From an uncultured Gammaproteobacteria bacterium (GTDB lineage: Bacteria > Pseudomonadota > Gammaproteobacteria > SZUA-140), in contig CALZMY010000204.1 in assembly GCA_945788675.1 (NCBI GenBank), positions 1 through 63,111 on the forward strand: a stretch of 63,111 bases of DNA, written 5' to 3'. Below the pieces are notes generated by a model. That model was not told the origin of the DNA and did not search any database. It was given only the letters and a program-made list of their open reading frames with translations. Position 1 is the first letter of the stretch, and each line of letters opens with the position of its first letter. Positions 52,658-62,347 of the stretch are shown here, one piece after another. The position numbers and the translations under genes were made by a program.

Positions 52658-53932
52658 CTACTCTTCATCTTCCAACGGCGCAAACTTGGCGACGATCTCC
52701 ATCTCCTCCTCACCACGTTTGATCAACAGCGGTAACCATGTGCCGTGACGGGTGCGTTGCACGATGCTGATGACTTCAATCATTCGTTTAATCTCTTTGC
52801 CTGCCGCCATCACAAAGATGTCGCCTTTTTGCAGGCCGCTCGCTTCGGCAACACTGTCATCGACCAGTTTGGCGATGCTGACCTTACCGTCGTCTTCTTC
52901 AAGATAGACGCCGAGTTTCGCTTTCTGCTGTGCCGCTTCGCTTTGCATGGTCATGCCGACGATGGCGTCTGCAAATGTTTTATCAACCCCTTCACAGCCG
53001 AAGTCATCATGCCAGGCGATCATGGTGGTGATATCTTTTTGCCCTAGTGATTTAAGTTGGTCGGGGATACCGTAATCGTTGACCACATGGCCGCTGCCCA
53101 TCACGCCGACAAACAGCAGTGATGGGTCTTTTTGTGTCTGTTGGTAGATGATCTGTGCCATCGCGGCATCCCATAGCGTTTGCCCTTGCAGAAAGCGTTT
53201 GAAACCGGGACTTTCGAGATCGGCCTTTTTATCTTTTGCATCCTTCTTTGCGCCGGGTTTGTGCGAACCATGTTGTTGATAGATTGAGATCAACAGGTTT
53301 TTGTAACCCTCGCCTGGAGGTGCAGGATCGCTGACCCCTTCACGATCTGCTGCGGCGATATTCTGCCAGCCCTCTTTACGTACTTTTTTAACCAGCTCGC
53401 GGCTGATGTTGAGGGCGTGGATTGGAATCTGCTTCATGCGTGCAAAGTGAAACAGCGGCAGATAATATTTAGCGTCGAAATTCCAGTACTTCTGCCAGTT
53501 GGCTTGTTCGAGAAATTCGGCTTCACTCAACTCACCCGCTATCCATTTATCGAGTACCGGTTGAACCTTGCGCGGAAACATCTCAAAACCGATCGCCATG
53601 TTGGGGTTGTGAGCATGGAGGGCTGTCAGGGTGTGTAGCTCCCAGCGCTGGTGGTCGCCCTGAGCGTGGTGTTCACCAAGTAAAACCACGCGCCCCTGGG
53701 CTGCCTTCTTGATGAACTTGTTGCCATCAATTTCCTTCAGGTCAGCGGGGTTGTACCACAGGTTGGGAAGGACGCAGCTGTTGTCGGCCTTGCCGTTGTG
53801 ATCAATGATCGATTCACTGGCATTGATGGCTGTACTGATACCGCCCAAAGTCAGTGCGCTAATGAGCGTTGTCGCGCGTATTCTGCGAGACAGTACGGAA
53901 ACCGTCGATCGAACTGAATTAATCCCATGCAT
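52658..53932 (-). CDS. ChaN/Tiki-superfamily (haem-binding uptake-like) periplasmic protein with a C-terminal PDZ domain.
   Basis: Signal peptide. VVLLGEHHAQGDHQRWELHTL, HALNISREL and GSGHV resemble ChaN (DUF399). The C-terminal ~85 aa (LGVYLEEDDGKVSIAKLVDDSVAEASGLQKGDIFV...) is PDZ-like. Confidence 0.75.
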   Translation of the reverse strand: MHGINSVRSTVSVLSRRIRATTLISALTLGGISTAINASESIIDHNGKADNSCVLPNLWYNPADLKEIDGNKFIKKAAQGRVVLLGEHHAQGDHQRWELHTLTALHAHNPNMAIGFEMFPRKVQPVLDKWIAGELSEAEFLEQANWQKYWNFDAKYYLPLFHFARMKQIPIHALNISRELVKKVRKEGWQNIAAADREGVSDPAPPGEGYKNLLISIYQQHGSHKPGAKKDAKDKKADLESPGFKRFLQGQTLWDAAMAQIIYQQTQKDPSLLFVGVMGSGHVVNDYGIPDQLKSLGQKDITTMIAWHDDFGCEGVDKTFADAIVGMTMQSEAAQQKAKLGVYLEEDDGKVSIAKLVDDSVAEASGLQKGDIFVMAAGKEIKRMIEVISIVQRTRHGTWLPLLIKRGEEEMEIVAKFAPLEDEE

Positions 53933-54035
53933 GTTGTAATCCTTCTCCTGGTGAGATGACGCATGTAAACGTCACATACTATATTGATTGTTTGTGTAAT
54001 GTAAAACGGCGTTAGACTCGACGGCGTTATTTACA

Positions 54036-54293
54036 CTTAAGGAACCTCTGATTAATTACGTCATGTGTCAGGCGACCGTAGAAAGTACACCCAAGGGTAT
54101 TTCACCCTTGCGGTACGAGTGAAGCGTGACGGAGAGCACCGGGAATACCTTTAGGTACTGGAAGTTCAAATCCTTTAGGGCGGCAATCTCAGCACGATAA
54201 GATTCATCAAGTTAGGAGATGGCTTCGTCACTTCGTTCCTCGTACCACGGCACTTCCTTCGGTCGCCTGACAATTAATCAGAGGTTCCTTAAG
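54036..54293. repeat. Palindromic intergenic element C (258 bp, 22-bp perfect inverted termini; MITE-like).
   Basis: CTTAAGGAACCTCTGATTAATT (54036..54057) and AATTAATCAGAGGTTCCTTAAG (54272..54293). Further imperfect pairing occurs inward (GTCAGGCGACCG / CGGTCGCCTGAC; GTACGAGTGAAGCGTGACG / CGTCACTTCGTTCCTCGTAC). Confidence 0.8.
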
Positions 54294-54488
54294 AAACTAT
54301 CAGGCAGGGCGTATATAAGCTGCGGAGCATTGTGCTGAAAGGTTGCCTGCTACCGTGTCAACCATGCCTGATTCCTGATGTGCCTGGCATTACGGCAGAA
54401 CATATTTCTTTATTGCAGGTCTGCTCGAAATTTGACAATAGAGGTACAATCAACATTACGACTAGCGGCTAAAAAGGCTCAAATCAGG

Positions 54489-57400
54489 ATGACGATCTTT
54501 GAACCGATAACAAGCGATTCAGACCCACTACGCATCGCCATCGATGAGGCCTGGCTTGTCGACGAGACCACCTGCGTCAATGCCTTGTTGCAGCAGATAA
54601 AGTTTAGTGAGGATGCGCAGCAACGGATCGATGCACTGGCACGTCGTCTGGTCATAGCGGTGCGCGAAAAATCACAGGCACAGGGCAGCATCGATGCTTT
54701 TATGCAGGAGTACGATCTTTCATCCCAGGAAGGGGTGGTGTTGATGTGCCTGGCGGAGGCGTTACTGCGCATCCCCGATGACGAGACCGCTGACCGCCTG
54801 ATTCAGGACAAACTGGGCTCGGCCGACTGGGGCAGTCATCTATGGCGTAGCTCATCGCTGTTTGTGAATGCATCGACATGGGGGCTGATGCTGACCGGGC
54901 GTATGGTCGGGCTTGATGATGAAACCCTGCGTGACGGCCAGTCTTTTCTGCAACGTCTGGTCAGCCGCAGTGGTGAGCCGGTGATCCGCATGGCGATCCG
55001 TCAGGCGATGCGCATCATGGGGCAGCAGTTTGTCATGGGCGCGACGATCGATGCCGCACTTAAACGCTGTAAAGAAGGTGATAATCATGGCTACCGTTAT
55101 TCTTTCGATATGCTCGGTGAGGCGGCACTGACACGTGGCGATGCCGATGGCTATTTCAGTGCCTATCAGAATGCCATCACCCGCATTGCCGCCGAAGTGA
55201 GTCACGATGATGCACTCTATGCTCGCCCCGGTATCTCGGTAAAGCTCTCGGCCTTGCATCCACGCTATGAGCTATATCAACGTGAACAGGTGTTAGGAGA
55301 ATTGACGCCACGCCTGTTAACACTGGCACTACAGGCGCGCGCGGCCGGTATCACGTTGACGATTGATGCCGAAGAGGCGGATCCTTTGTCGCTGTCGCTC
55401 GATATCTTTGACGCGCTCTACCGTGCAGCTGAGCTTGATGGGTGGGAGGGCCTGGGACTGGCGTTGCAGGCCTACCAGAAACGGGCGCCGTTGGTGATCG
55501 ACTGGTTACATACACTGGTCGCCGACGTCGGGCGTATGATCCCAGTGCGCCTGGTGAAAGGGGCCTACTGGGACAGCGAGATCAAAAGCGCACAGGAGCG
55601 TGGTCTTGAAGGATATCCCGTCTACACCCGCAAGATTGCCACCGATGCCGCTTATCTCGCCTGTGCAGGTAAACTGCTGGCGGCGGACGACTGTTTCTAT
55701 CCGCAGTTTGCCACCCATAACGCCCATACAGTCGCCGCCATTGTCGAGATGGCGGCGGACAAGCCGTTCGAGTTTCAACGACTGCACGGCATGGGAGAGG
55801 CGCTCTACAGCGAGGTGACTGATGGCGATGACTTAGCGTTACCCTGTCGTATCTATGCGCCGGTTGGCAGTTACGATTCGCTGTTACCCTATCTGGTACG
55901 ACGCCTTTTGGAAAACGGTGCGAATACCTCTTTTGTTAATCGGATTACCGATCGTCACGCGGCGATCGAAGAGATTATCAGCGACCCCATCACCGAACTC
56001 GATGCACTGGGTGATAAACCGCATCCACGCATCCCACTGCCGGCAGAACTGTTTGGCTGTGAACGGCCCAATTCGCGCGGGATTAATCTGCACAGCGTGC
56101 AGGTTCTCAAAAATCTTGACGACCAGTTGGCCGCTTTTTCAGGCAGTAGCTCAACCACACAGTGGCGTGTTGCACCGATCATTAACGGCGTGATGACCAC
56201 CGCTGATCGAGATGTTTTAACGGTGAATGACCCCGCCGATCATCAACGTGTGGTTGGGCATGTGATCAACGCCATTGAAGTGATGGTGGCCGAGGCGCTT
56301 GCCAGTGCCGCAGAGGCGAGTGAACTGTGGTCGATAACCACAGCCGAGATGCGTGCCACAGCACTTGAAAAAGCCGCCGTTTTATTTGAAACGCATTGCG
56401 CGGAGCTGATTGCGCTGTGTGTGCGTGAAGCGGGCAAGGGGATTGTCGATGCCGTGGCCGAGGTGCGAGAGGCGGTCGACTTCTGTCGTTACTACGCGGC
56501 GATGGCACGCCAGGAGTTTGCAGCGCCACAGCTGTTGCATGGTGCGACCGGGGAACTCAATGAGATGACGCTGCATGGGCGTGGCGTATTTGCCTGCATC
56601 AGCCCGTGGAATTTTCCTTTAGCAATCTTTGTCGGACAGGTGTGCGCGGCACTGGCGGCAGGGAATAGCGTGATCGCCAAACCGGCGGCTCAGACACCCT
56701 TGATCGCGGCACGTGCAGTGCAACTATTACATGAAGCAGGTGTGCCGAATGAGGTGCTGCATCTATTGACCGGTAGCGGCCGTACCATTGGCATGCAGTT
56801 GGTGAATGATACACGCATCAGCGGCATCGCCTTTACCGGTTCCACAGAAACGGCGCAGACCATCAATCGAGCACTGGCAGCGCGCAGTGGCGCTATCGTG
56901 CCGTTGATCGCCGAGACCGGTGGACAGAACTGCATGATCGTCGATAGCTCCGCGCTGCCGGAACAGGTGGTGATCGATGTGATGCAATCGGCATTCAACA
57001 GTGCCGGGCAGCGCTGTTCGGCACTGCGGGTGCTGTTTCTGCAAGAGGATGTCGCTGACGGCATCATCGAAAAATTAACGGGTGCCATGGCGGAACTGGT
57101 GGTGGGGGAGCCGCTGTCACTCGCCACCGATGTCGGTCCGGTGATCGATCAGACCGCGCTTGAAACATTACAGACACACGCTCAGTGGATGCAGAGCGAA
57201 GGCAAGCTGCTCTACGCTACGCCGCTACCCAGTGGGCTAGAACGAGGCTTCTATTTTGCACCACATCTGTTTGAGATCTCTCGCCTTGAGTTGTTGCCGC
57301 GCGAAGTGTTTGGGCCGATCCTGCATGTGATTCGTTTTCCAGCGGATGGTCTAAATACAGTGATCGATGCAATCAACAGCACCCGCTATGGTTTGACCCT

Positions 57401-57662
57401 CGGGGTACATAGTCGCATTGAAGCGACGGCGCGATATATCCAGCAACGGGTGCGTGTCGGCAATCTCTACATCAATCGCAACATGATCGGTGCCACGGTC
57501 GGGGTGCAGCCGTTTGGTGGCGAAGGGCTTTCCGGCACCGGCCCCAAGGCGGGTGGGCCGCATTACCTGCACCGCTTTGCGACGGAACGGACGCTGACGG
57601 TCAATACTTCTGCGGTGGGTGGTAACGCTTCGCTGTTATCACTCGGTGATGATGAGCACTAA
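54489..57662 (+). CDS. putA: Bifunctional proline dehydrogenase / L-glutamate gamma-semialdehyde dehydrogenase PutA (no N-terminal RHH domain).
   Basis: ~1057 aa from ATG 54489. The PRODH barrel region (YSFDMLGE, VKGAYWD) is followed by ALDH motifs (FTGSTETA, ETGGQN, GQRCSA). Confidence 0.93.
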   Translation: MTIFEPITSDSDPLRIAIDEAWLVDETTCVNALLQQIKFSEDAQQRIDALARRLVIAVREKSQAQGSIDAFMQEYDLSSQEGVVLMCLAEALLRIPDDETADRLIQDKLGSADWGSHLWRSSSLFVNASTWGLMLTGRMVGLDDETLRDGQSFLQRLVSRSGEPVIRMAIRQAMRIMGQQFVMGATIDAALKRCKEGDNHGYRYSFDMLGEAALTRGDADGYFSAYQNAITRIAAEVSHDDALYARPGISVKLSALHPRYELYQREQVLGELTPRLLTLALQARAAGITLTIDAEEADPLSLSLDIFDALYRAAELDGWEGLGLALQAYQKRAPLVIDWLHTLVADVGRMIPVRLVKGAYWDSEIKSAQERGLEGYPVYTRKIATDAAYLACAGKLLAADDCFYPQFATHNAHTVAAIVEMAADKPFEFQRLHGMGEALYSEVTDGDDLALPCRIYAPVGSYDSLLPYLVRRLLENGANTSFVNRITDRHAAIEEIISDPITELDALGDKPHPRIPLPAELFGCERPNSRGINLHSVQVLKNLDDQLAAFSGSSSTTQWRVAPIINGVMTTADRDVLTVNDPADHQRVVGHVINAIEVMVAEALASAAEASELWSITTAEMRATALEKAAVLFETHCAELIALCVREAGKGIVDAVAEVREAVDFCRYYAAMARQEFAAPQLLHGATGELNEMTLHGRGVFACISPWNFPLAIFVGQVCAALAAGNSVIAKPAAQTPLIAARAVQLLHEAGVPNEVLHLLTGSGRTIGMQLVNDTRISGIAFTGSTETAQTINRALAARSGAIVPLIAETGGQNCMIVDSSALPEQVVIDVMQSAFNSAGQRCSALRVLFLQEDVADGIIEKLTGAMAELVVGEPLSLATDVGPVIDQTALETLQTHAQWMQSEGKLLYATPLPSGLERGFYFAPHLFEISRLELLPREVFGPILHVIRFPADGLNTVIDAINSTRYGLTLGVHSRIEATARYIQQRVRVGNLYINRNMIGATVGVQPFGGEGLSGTGPKAGGPHYLHRFATERTLTVNTSAVGGNASLLSLGDDEH

Positions 57663-57685
57663 TGACTCAATCAGTAGTGCGGCAA

Positions 57686-58150
57686 TTAATCGATAAGTAA
57701 TGCGGCGCCAACGTCGCGTCCATCTGAGGCGAGGATGGCATAGGTGCGGCAGGCCGCCGCGGTATCCATCACTTCGACCGCAACACCCTGGTTGGTGAGT
57801 GACGATAGTACCTGAGGGGCTGGCCAGTGGTGGGCTACGCCGGTACCGAGTAGCAGTATCTGGGGTGGTTTGGGAAACAGCGCCTCGAAGTGCTGCTGTT
57901 CCAGTTGCTCGATGTTGCGCGGTGCCCAGTCGCTGATCAGGCGGTGAGGCATGATGATCAGGCTCTGTGTCAGGGTCTCTGTTTTTAGCGTTTTATTGCC
58001 AAAGCCGCTGTCCTGAGCATCAAATTCCTCATTAGGGCGGATGACGACGATCTCGCCCGGATTGTAGGCATAGATGCCGAGTCGGCTGTGGTCCTCATCG
58101 AGGGTGATTTTTACGCTCTGACGAGTCTCTGATGCAGGTGTCTCTTTCAT
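57686..58150 (-). CDS. Mth938-like (DUF498/NDUFAF3-like) domain protein.
   Basis: The C-terminal half (PQILLLGTGV...GVAVEVMDTAAACRTYAILASDGRDVGAALL) matches the Mth938 fold signature. Start is ATG 58150 or TTG 58162. Confidence 0.7.
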   Translation of the reverse strand: MKETPASETRQSVKITLDEDHSRLGIYAYNPGEIVVIRPNEEFDAQDSGFGNKTLKTETLTQSLIIMPHRLISDWAPRNIEQLEQQHFEALFPKPPQILLLGTGVAHHWPAPQVLSSLTNQGVAVEVMDTAAACRTYAILASDGRDVGAALLID

Positions 58151-58184
58151 AGTGGGATACAATAACGCCTTTTATTTCGGATAG

Positions 58185-58472
58185 CTAGGGTCTGTTGACG
58201 TTTCATTTATCACACTGCTGGAGTTCATTTTTTCGTCCCACATACCCAGGGGGCACACCGAGGCGGAAGAAGCGTAGTGTAGTTATTCTACATAAGCGAC
58301 TGACAACGTAGTGTGGCGGAAAAATGGGTCCAGCCCTCCGGGTTGCGTCTGAAAAAGCGCCACGCTGCGTTGCTCGTCACTTATTTGGAGCAACCAAACT
58401 GCGCTCCTCGCGCCTTGATTGGCGCTTTTTCAGACGCAACAGTGAGATAAATGAAACGACAACAGACCCTAG
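58185..58472. repeat. Palindromic intergenic element D (288 bp, 33-bp inverted termini enclosing two internal long hairpins; MITE-like).
   Basis: CTAGGGTCTGTTGACGTTTCATTTATCACACTG (58185..58217) pairs with CAGTGAGATAAATGAAACGACAACAGACCCTAG (58440..58472) with 2 mismatches. Internal arm 1 spans 58218..58333 (imperfect). Internal arm 2 has 21-bp perfect arms, GTTGCGTCTGAAAAAGCGCCA (58342..58362) / TGGCGCTTTTTCAGACGCAAC (58420..58440). Confidence 0.85.
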
Positions 58473-58538
58473 TCTTTAAAAGTTTGATATTATAGGCGTT
58501 TATTTTTTAGCTGTTCGTTGTTGGAGTGATGTAAGCAG

Positions 58539-59774
58539 GTGATCGAGGAATTTCCCAGAATAAAGCGGCTGCCACCCTATGTTTTCAATATCGTCAATGA
58601 TTTGAAGGCGCAGGCACGAGCGCGTGGTGAAGATATTATTGATTTTGGCATGGGCAACCCCGATCAGCCAACCCCTGCCCATATTGTGGATAAGCTCGCC
58701 GAGGCGGCGCAGCGCGGCGACACGCATCGATATTCGATGTCGCGTGGCATCCCGCGCCTGCGACGTGCAATCTGCCGTTGGTACAAAGATAAATATGATG
58801 TTGAACTGGACCAGGAGAGTGAGGCGATCGTCACCATCGGCTCCAAAGAGGGGTTGGCGCATCTCGCCTTGGCGACCATGGGGCCGGGTGATGCGGTGCT
58901 GGTACCCAATCCGGCCTATCCTATCCATCCTTACGGCTTTATCATTGCGGGTGCAGATATCCGGCATGTGCCGTTGACCGCCGATGTCGATTTTTTTGCG
59001 GAGCTGGAGTCGGCGATTAAAAACACCTTCCCGCGCCCGAAAATGCTGGTGCTGAACTTTCCGGGTAACCCGACCACCCAGTGTGTCGATCTGGAATTTT
59101 TCGAAAAGGTGGTCGCGATTGCTCGTGAGCACGAGATCTGGGTGGTCCATGACCTGGCCTATGGCGAGATTGTGTTTGATGGCTACCAGGCACCATCGAT
59201 CCTGCAGGTGGCAGGTGCCAAAGAGGTTGCGGTTGAATTTTACAGTCTCTCGAAGAGCTACAATATGCCGGGCTGGCGGGTAGGTTTTATGTGTGGCAAT
59301 CCTACGTTGGTGGGGGCATTGGCGCGGATTAAATCTTATCTTGATTACGGCATGTTTACGCCGATTCAGATAGCTGCAATCGCAGCCCTTGAAGGACCGC
59401 AGGAGTGTGTGAAAGAGATCACCGCGATGTACTGTAGTCGTCGTGATGTGCTGTGTGAAGGGTTGAATGCGATCGGTTGGGCAGTCGACAAGCCGAAGGC
59501 AACGATGTTTGTGTGGGCAAAAATTCCACCGCAGTATCGTGACATGGGCTCGCTGGATTTTTCCAAGAAGTTGCTGGTAGAGGCCAAAGTAGCGGTCTCG
59601 CCGGGGGTCGGTTTTGGTGAATACGGCGATGATCATGTCCGTTTTGGCCTGATCGAAAACGAGCACCGCACCCGACAGGCGGTGCGCGGCATTCGACAGA
59701 TGTTTAAAAAAGATGGTGTGCTGAATGGCAGCGCAATAGATGCCATGGGAGAGACCATAGGAGATGAAAGTTGA
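58539..59774 (+). CDS. Class I PLP-dependent aminotransferase (AlaC/YfdZ-like alanine transaminase).
   Basis: RLPPYVF...[17 protein letters not shown] and [14 protein letters not shown] (PLP lysine). GTG start. It lies directly upstream of hom-thrC. Confidence 0.9.
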   Translation: MIEEFPRIKRLPPYVFNIVNDLKAQARARGEDIIDFGMGNPDQPTPAHIVDKLAEAAQRGDTHRYSMSRGIPRLRRAICRWYKDKYDVELDQESEAIVTIGSKEGLAHLALATMGPGDAVLVPNPAYPIHPYGFIIAGADIRHVPLTADVDFFAELESAIKNTFPRPKMLVLNFPGNPTTQCVDLEFFEKVVAIAREHEIWVVHDLAYGEIVFDGYQAPSILQVAGAKEVAVEFYSLSKSYNMPGWRVGFMCGNPTLVGALARIKSYLDYGMFTPIQIAAIAALEGPQECVKEITAMYCSRRDVLCEGLNAIGWAVDKPKATMFVWAKIPPQYRDMGSLDFSKKLLVEAKVAVSPGVGFGEYGDDHVRFGLIENEHRTRQAVRGIRQMFKKDGVLNGSAIDAMGETIGDES

Positions 59775-61078
59775 AACCGATTAAAGTGGGATTGTTGGGG
59801 TTAGGCACCGTGGGTGGTGGCACTGCCAATGTACTGGCAAGAAATGCAGATGAGATTGCGCGCCGCGCAGGGCGTGAAATTCGCATTACCCATGCGGCTG
59901 CACGTGAGGTGAATCCCGCTGTCAATACCAGTGGCATTGAACTGTGCGATGACGCCTTTGCGGTCGTCAACAATCCCGAGGTCGATATCATCGTGGAGCT
60001 GATTGGCGGTTACGATCCAGCACGCCAGCTGGTGTTGCAGGCGATTGAAAATGGCAAACATGTGGTGACGGCCAACAAGGCGTTGATTGCGATGCACGGC
60101 AATGAGATCTTTGAGGCGGCACAGAAAAAGGGTGTGATGGTCGCTTTTGAAGCGGGCGTGGCGGGTGGTATTCCAATCATCAAGGCGCTGCGTGAAGGAC
60201 TGGCGGCGAACCAGATCGAATGGCTCGCTGGTATCATCAACGGTACCGGTAACTTCATCCTGACCGAGATGCGTGATAAAGGGCGTGACTTTGCCGATGT
60301 GCTGGCCGAAGCACAGGCGCTGGGTTACGCCGAGGCAGATCCGACTTTTGATGTTGAAGGGATCGATGCCGCACACAAGCTAACGATCCTGGCATCGATC
60401 GCCTTTGGTGTGCCGTTGCAGTTTGAAAAGACCTATACCGAAGGGATATCAAAGATTACCCGAGAAGATGTCAACTATGCCGAGCAACTCGGTTATCGCA
60501 TTAAACACCTGGGTGTGACGCGTAAAACCGATAAGGGAATCGAGCTGCGTGTGCATCCAACATTGATCCCTGAGCGCCGCCTGATTGCTAATGTCGATGG
60601 TGTGATGAACGCGGTACTGGTACAGGGCGATGCGGTTGGGCCAACCCTCTACTACGGCGCGGGTGCCGGTTCGGAACCGACCGCCTCAGCGGTGGTCGCG
60701 GACGTGATAGACGTGGCTCGCACCATGACGGTCGATCCTGAAAATCGTGTGCCGCACCTGGCATTCCAGCCGAATGCGTTGTCGGATACGCCGGTGCTGC
60801 CGATGGAGCAGATTGTCACCGCCTATTATCTGCGTATGCAGGCGGCAGATCGTCCTGGCGTGCTGGCCGAAGTGACCCAGATTCTTGGCGAGCAGGGGAT
60901 CAGTATCGAGGCGATGATTCAAAAAGAACCGAAAGAAGGCGAAAGCGTTGCATCGATTATTATGTTGACACAGCGCATCGTCGAAAGTCAGATGAACGAG
61001 GCGATTCGCGGTATCGAATCGTTGGACGTCATTGCAGGCGATGTGACGCGCATCCGTCTTGAGCACCTGGACAGGTAG
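59771..61078 (+). CDS. hom: Homoserine dehydrogenase.
   Basis: [13 protein letters not shown], the catalytic region ([24 protein letters not shown]) and a C-terminal ACT domain. The TTG start overlaps the aminotransferase stop (TTGA). Confidence 0.93.
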   Translation: MKPIKVGLLGLGTVGGGTANVLARNADEIARRAGREIRITHAAAREVNPAVNTSGIELCDDAFAVVNNPEVDIIVELIGGYDPARQLVLQAIENGKHVVTANKALIAMHGNEIFEAAQKKGVMVAFEAGVAGGIPIIKALREGLAANQIEWLAGIINGTGNFILTEMRDKGRDFADVLAEAQALGYAEADPTFDVEGIDAAHKLTILASIAFGVPLQFEKTYTEGISKITREDVNYAEQLGYRIKHLGVTRKTDKGIELRVHPTLIPERRLIANVDGVMNAVLVQGDAVGPTLYYGAGAGSEPTASAVVADVIDVARTMTVDPENRVPHLAFQPNALSDTPVLPMEQIVTAYYLRMQAADRPGVLAEVTQILGEQGISIEAMIQKEPKEGESVASIIMLTQRIVESQMNEAIRGIESLDVIAGDVTRIRLEHLDR

Positions 61079-61128
61079 CCCGCCATTCGTGCAGCTACAT
61101 CCAATTTACATTTTAAGGAAACATTACC

Positions 61129-62205
61129 ATGCCATTTCGATCTCGCTATACAGGTTTGATTGATACCTACCGTGACCGCCTGCCGGTGCACGATGACACT
61201 CGCATTATTAGTCTCGGTGAAGGTAACACGCCGCTGATTCGCCTCAATAACATTCCCGGGATGCTTGAAGCGGATATCGATATCTATGTGAAGTTTGAAG
61301 GGCTAAATCCGACCGGTTCGTTTAAGGATCGTGGCATGACAATGGCGGTCACCAAGGCGGTCGAAGAGGGCAGTGAGGCGATCATATGCGCCTCGACCGG
61401 TAACACCTCGGCCTCTGCCGCAGCCTATGCCGCACGTGCCGGTATCAAGGCGTTTGTGTTGATTCCGGATGGCAAGATTGCGCTTGGGAAACTGGCGCAG
61501 GCGATGATGCACGGTGCCACCGTGATCCAGATCAAGGGTAACTTCGATGCGGGTATGCAGCTGGTGAAAGATGTTTCAGGTGAGGCGCCGGTAACCATCG
61601 TTAACTCAATCAATCCCTATCGTCTGCAAGGGCAGAAGACCGCAGCGTTTGAGATTCTGGAAGAGCTGGGGTCGGCACCGGATTATCACTGCATCCCGGT
61701 CGGAAATGCAGGCAACATCACTGCGCACTGGATGGGCTATAAAGAATATAACGAGCATGGCATTGTCAACAGCCTGCCGGTGATGGTCGGTTACCAGGCG
61801 AGCGGTGCCGCGCCGTTTATGCGCGGTGAAATGGTTGATGATCCCGAGACAGTGGCAACGGCGATTCGCATTGGCCATCCGCAAAGCTGGGATAAGGCGT
61901 GGGCCACGCAGAAAGAATCAAAGGGGTGGTTTGATGAGTGCACCGATGAAGAGATACTGGTTGCGCAGAAGATGCTGGCCGAGCGTGAAGGGGTGTTCTG
62001 TGAGCCTGCCTCGGCTGCTTCGTTGGCAGGTATGATCAAAGATGTGAAGAGTGGCAAGATTCCTGCGGGTAGTAAAGTGGTCTGTACCCTGACGGGTAAT
62101 GGTATCAAAGACCCGGATACTGCAATCAAACAGTGCACGGCACCGATGCAGAGTGTCGAGGCCACGCTTGATGCAGTGAAACGGGCGATACTTGATAACC
62201 TGTAA
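61129..62205 (+). CDS. thrC: Threonine synthase.
   Basis: [14 protein letters not shown] (PLP lysine), [13 protein letters not shown] and GNAGN. Confidence 0.95.
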   Translation: MPFRSRYTGLIDTYRDRLPVHDDTRIISLGEGNTPLIRLNNIPGMLEADIDIYVKFEGLNPTGSFKDRGMTMAVTKAVEEGSEAIICASTGNTSASAAAYAARAGIKAFVLIPDGKIALGKLAQAMMHGATVIQIKGNFDAGMQLVKDVSGEAPVTIVNSINPYRLQGQKTAAFEILEELGSAPDYHCIPVGNAGNITAHWMGYKEYNEHGIVNSLPVMVGYQASGAAPFMRGEMVDDPETVATAIRIGHPQSWDKAWATQKESKGWFDECTDEEILVAQKMLAEREGVFCEPASAASLAGMIKDVKSGKIPAGSKVVCTLTGNGIKDPDTAIKQCTAPMQSVEATLDAVKRAILDNL

Positions 62206-62246
62206 CGCACTTCCACGGCCCTCGGGTTTTCCGGCGCGGGATGGTG

Positions 62247-62286
62247 AAAAAAGGCGTGGTCATGTAAATGACCACGCCTTTTTTTG
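62247..62286. terminator. Bidirectional rho-independent terminator between thrC and petC.
   Basis: AAAAA-AGGCGTGGTCAT-GTAA-ATGACCACGCCT-TTTTTTT forms a 12-bp perfect stem flanked by an A-run and a T-run. Confidence 0.8.
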
Positions 62287-62347
62287 TTGCATCGAACGGG
62301 AGAAGCGGGGTGAACCTCTGCCACTTTAATCGATATTATTTTGTAAA

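Noticed and set aside
54164-54173. GTTCAAATCC, resembling a tRNA T-loop, in the centre of element C.
   Set aside because: The flanking bases cannot form a 5-bp T-stem, and no acceptor, D or anticodon arms can be drawn. It is part of a CCTTTAGG direct repeat, not a tRNA.
54221-54340. 39-codon ORF (MASSLRSSYHGTSFGRLTINQRFLKK...) starting inside element C.
   Set aside because: AGGAG abuts the ATG with no spacing. The peptide is simply the translation of the hairpin arm, of the kind often mis-annotated as a hypothetical protein.
54294-54488. TGGCAT...CAGAA upstream of putA as a possible sigma-54 site.
   Set aside because: The -12 element does not match (CAGA instead of TTGC at the required spacing).
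49847-58472. Whether the repeated palindromes could be a CRISPR array or integron attC sites.
   Set aside because: The units differ in sequence and length and are kilobases apart, separated by genes, with no regular repeat-spacer periodicity. There are no cas or intI genes, and no GTTRRRY-type core sites at the ends.
58500-59666. 388-aa minus-strand ORF.
   Set aside because: It is entirely antisense to the aminotransferase gene, which has clear PLP-enzyme motifs. The translation is Arg/His/Gln-rich ([11 protein letters not shown]...) and typical of a shadow ORF.
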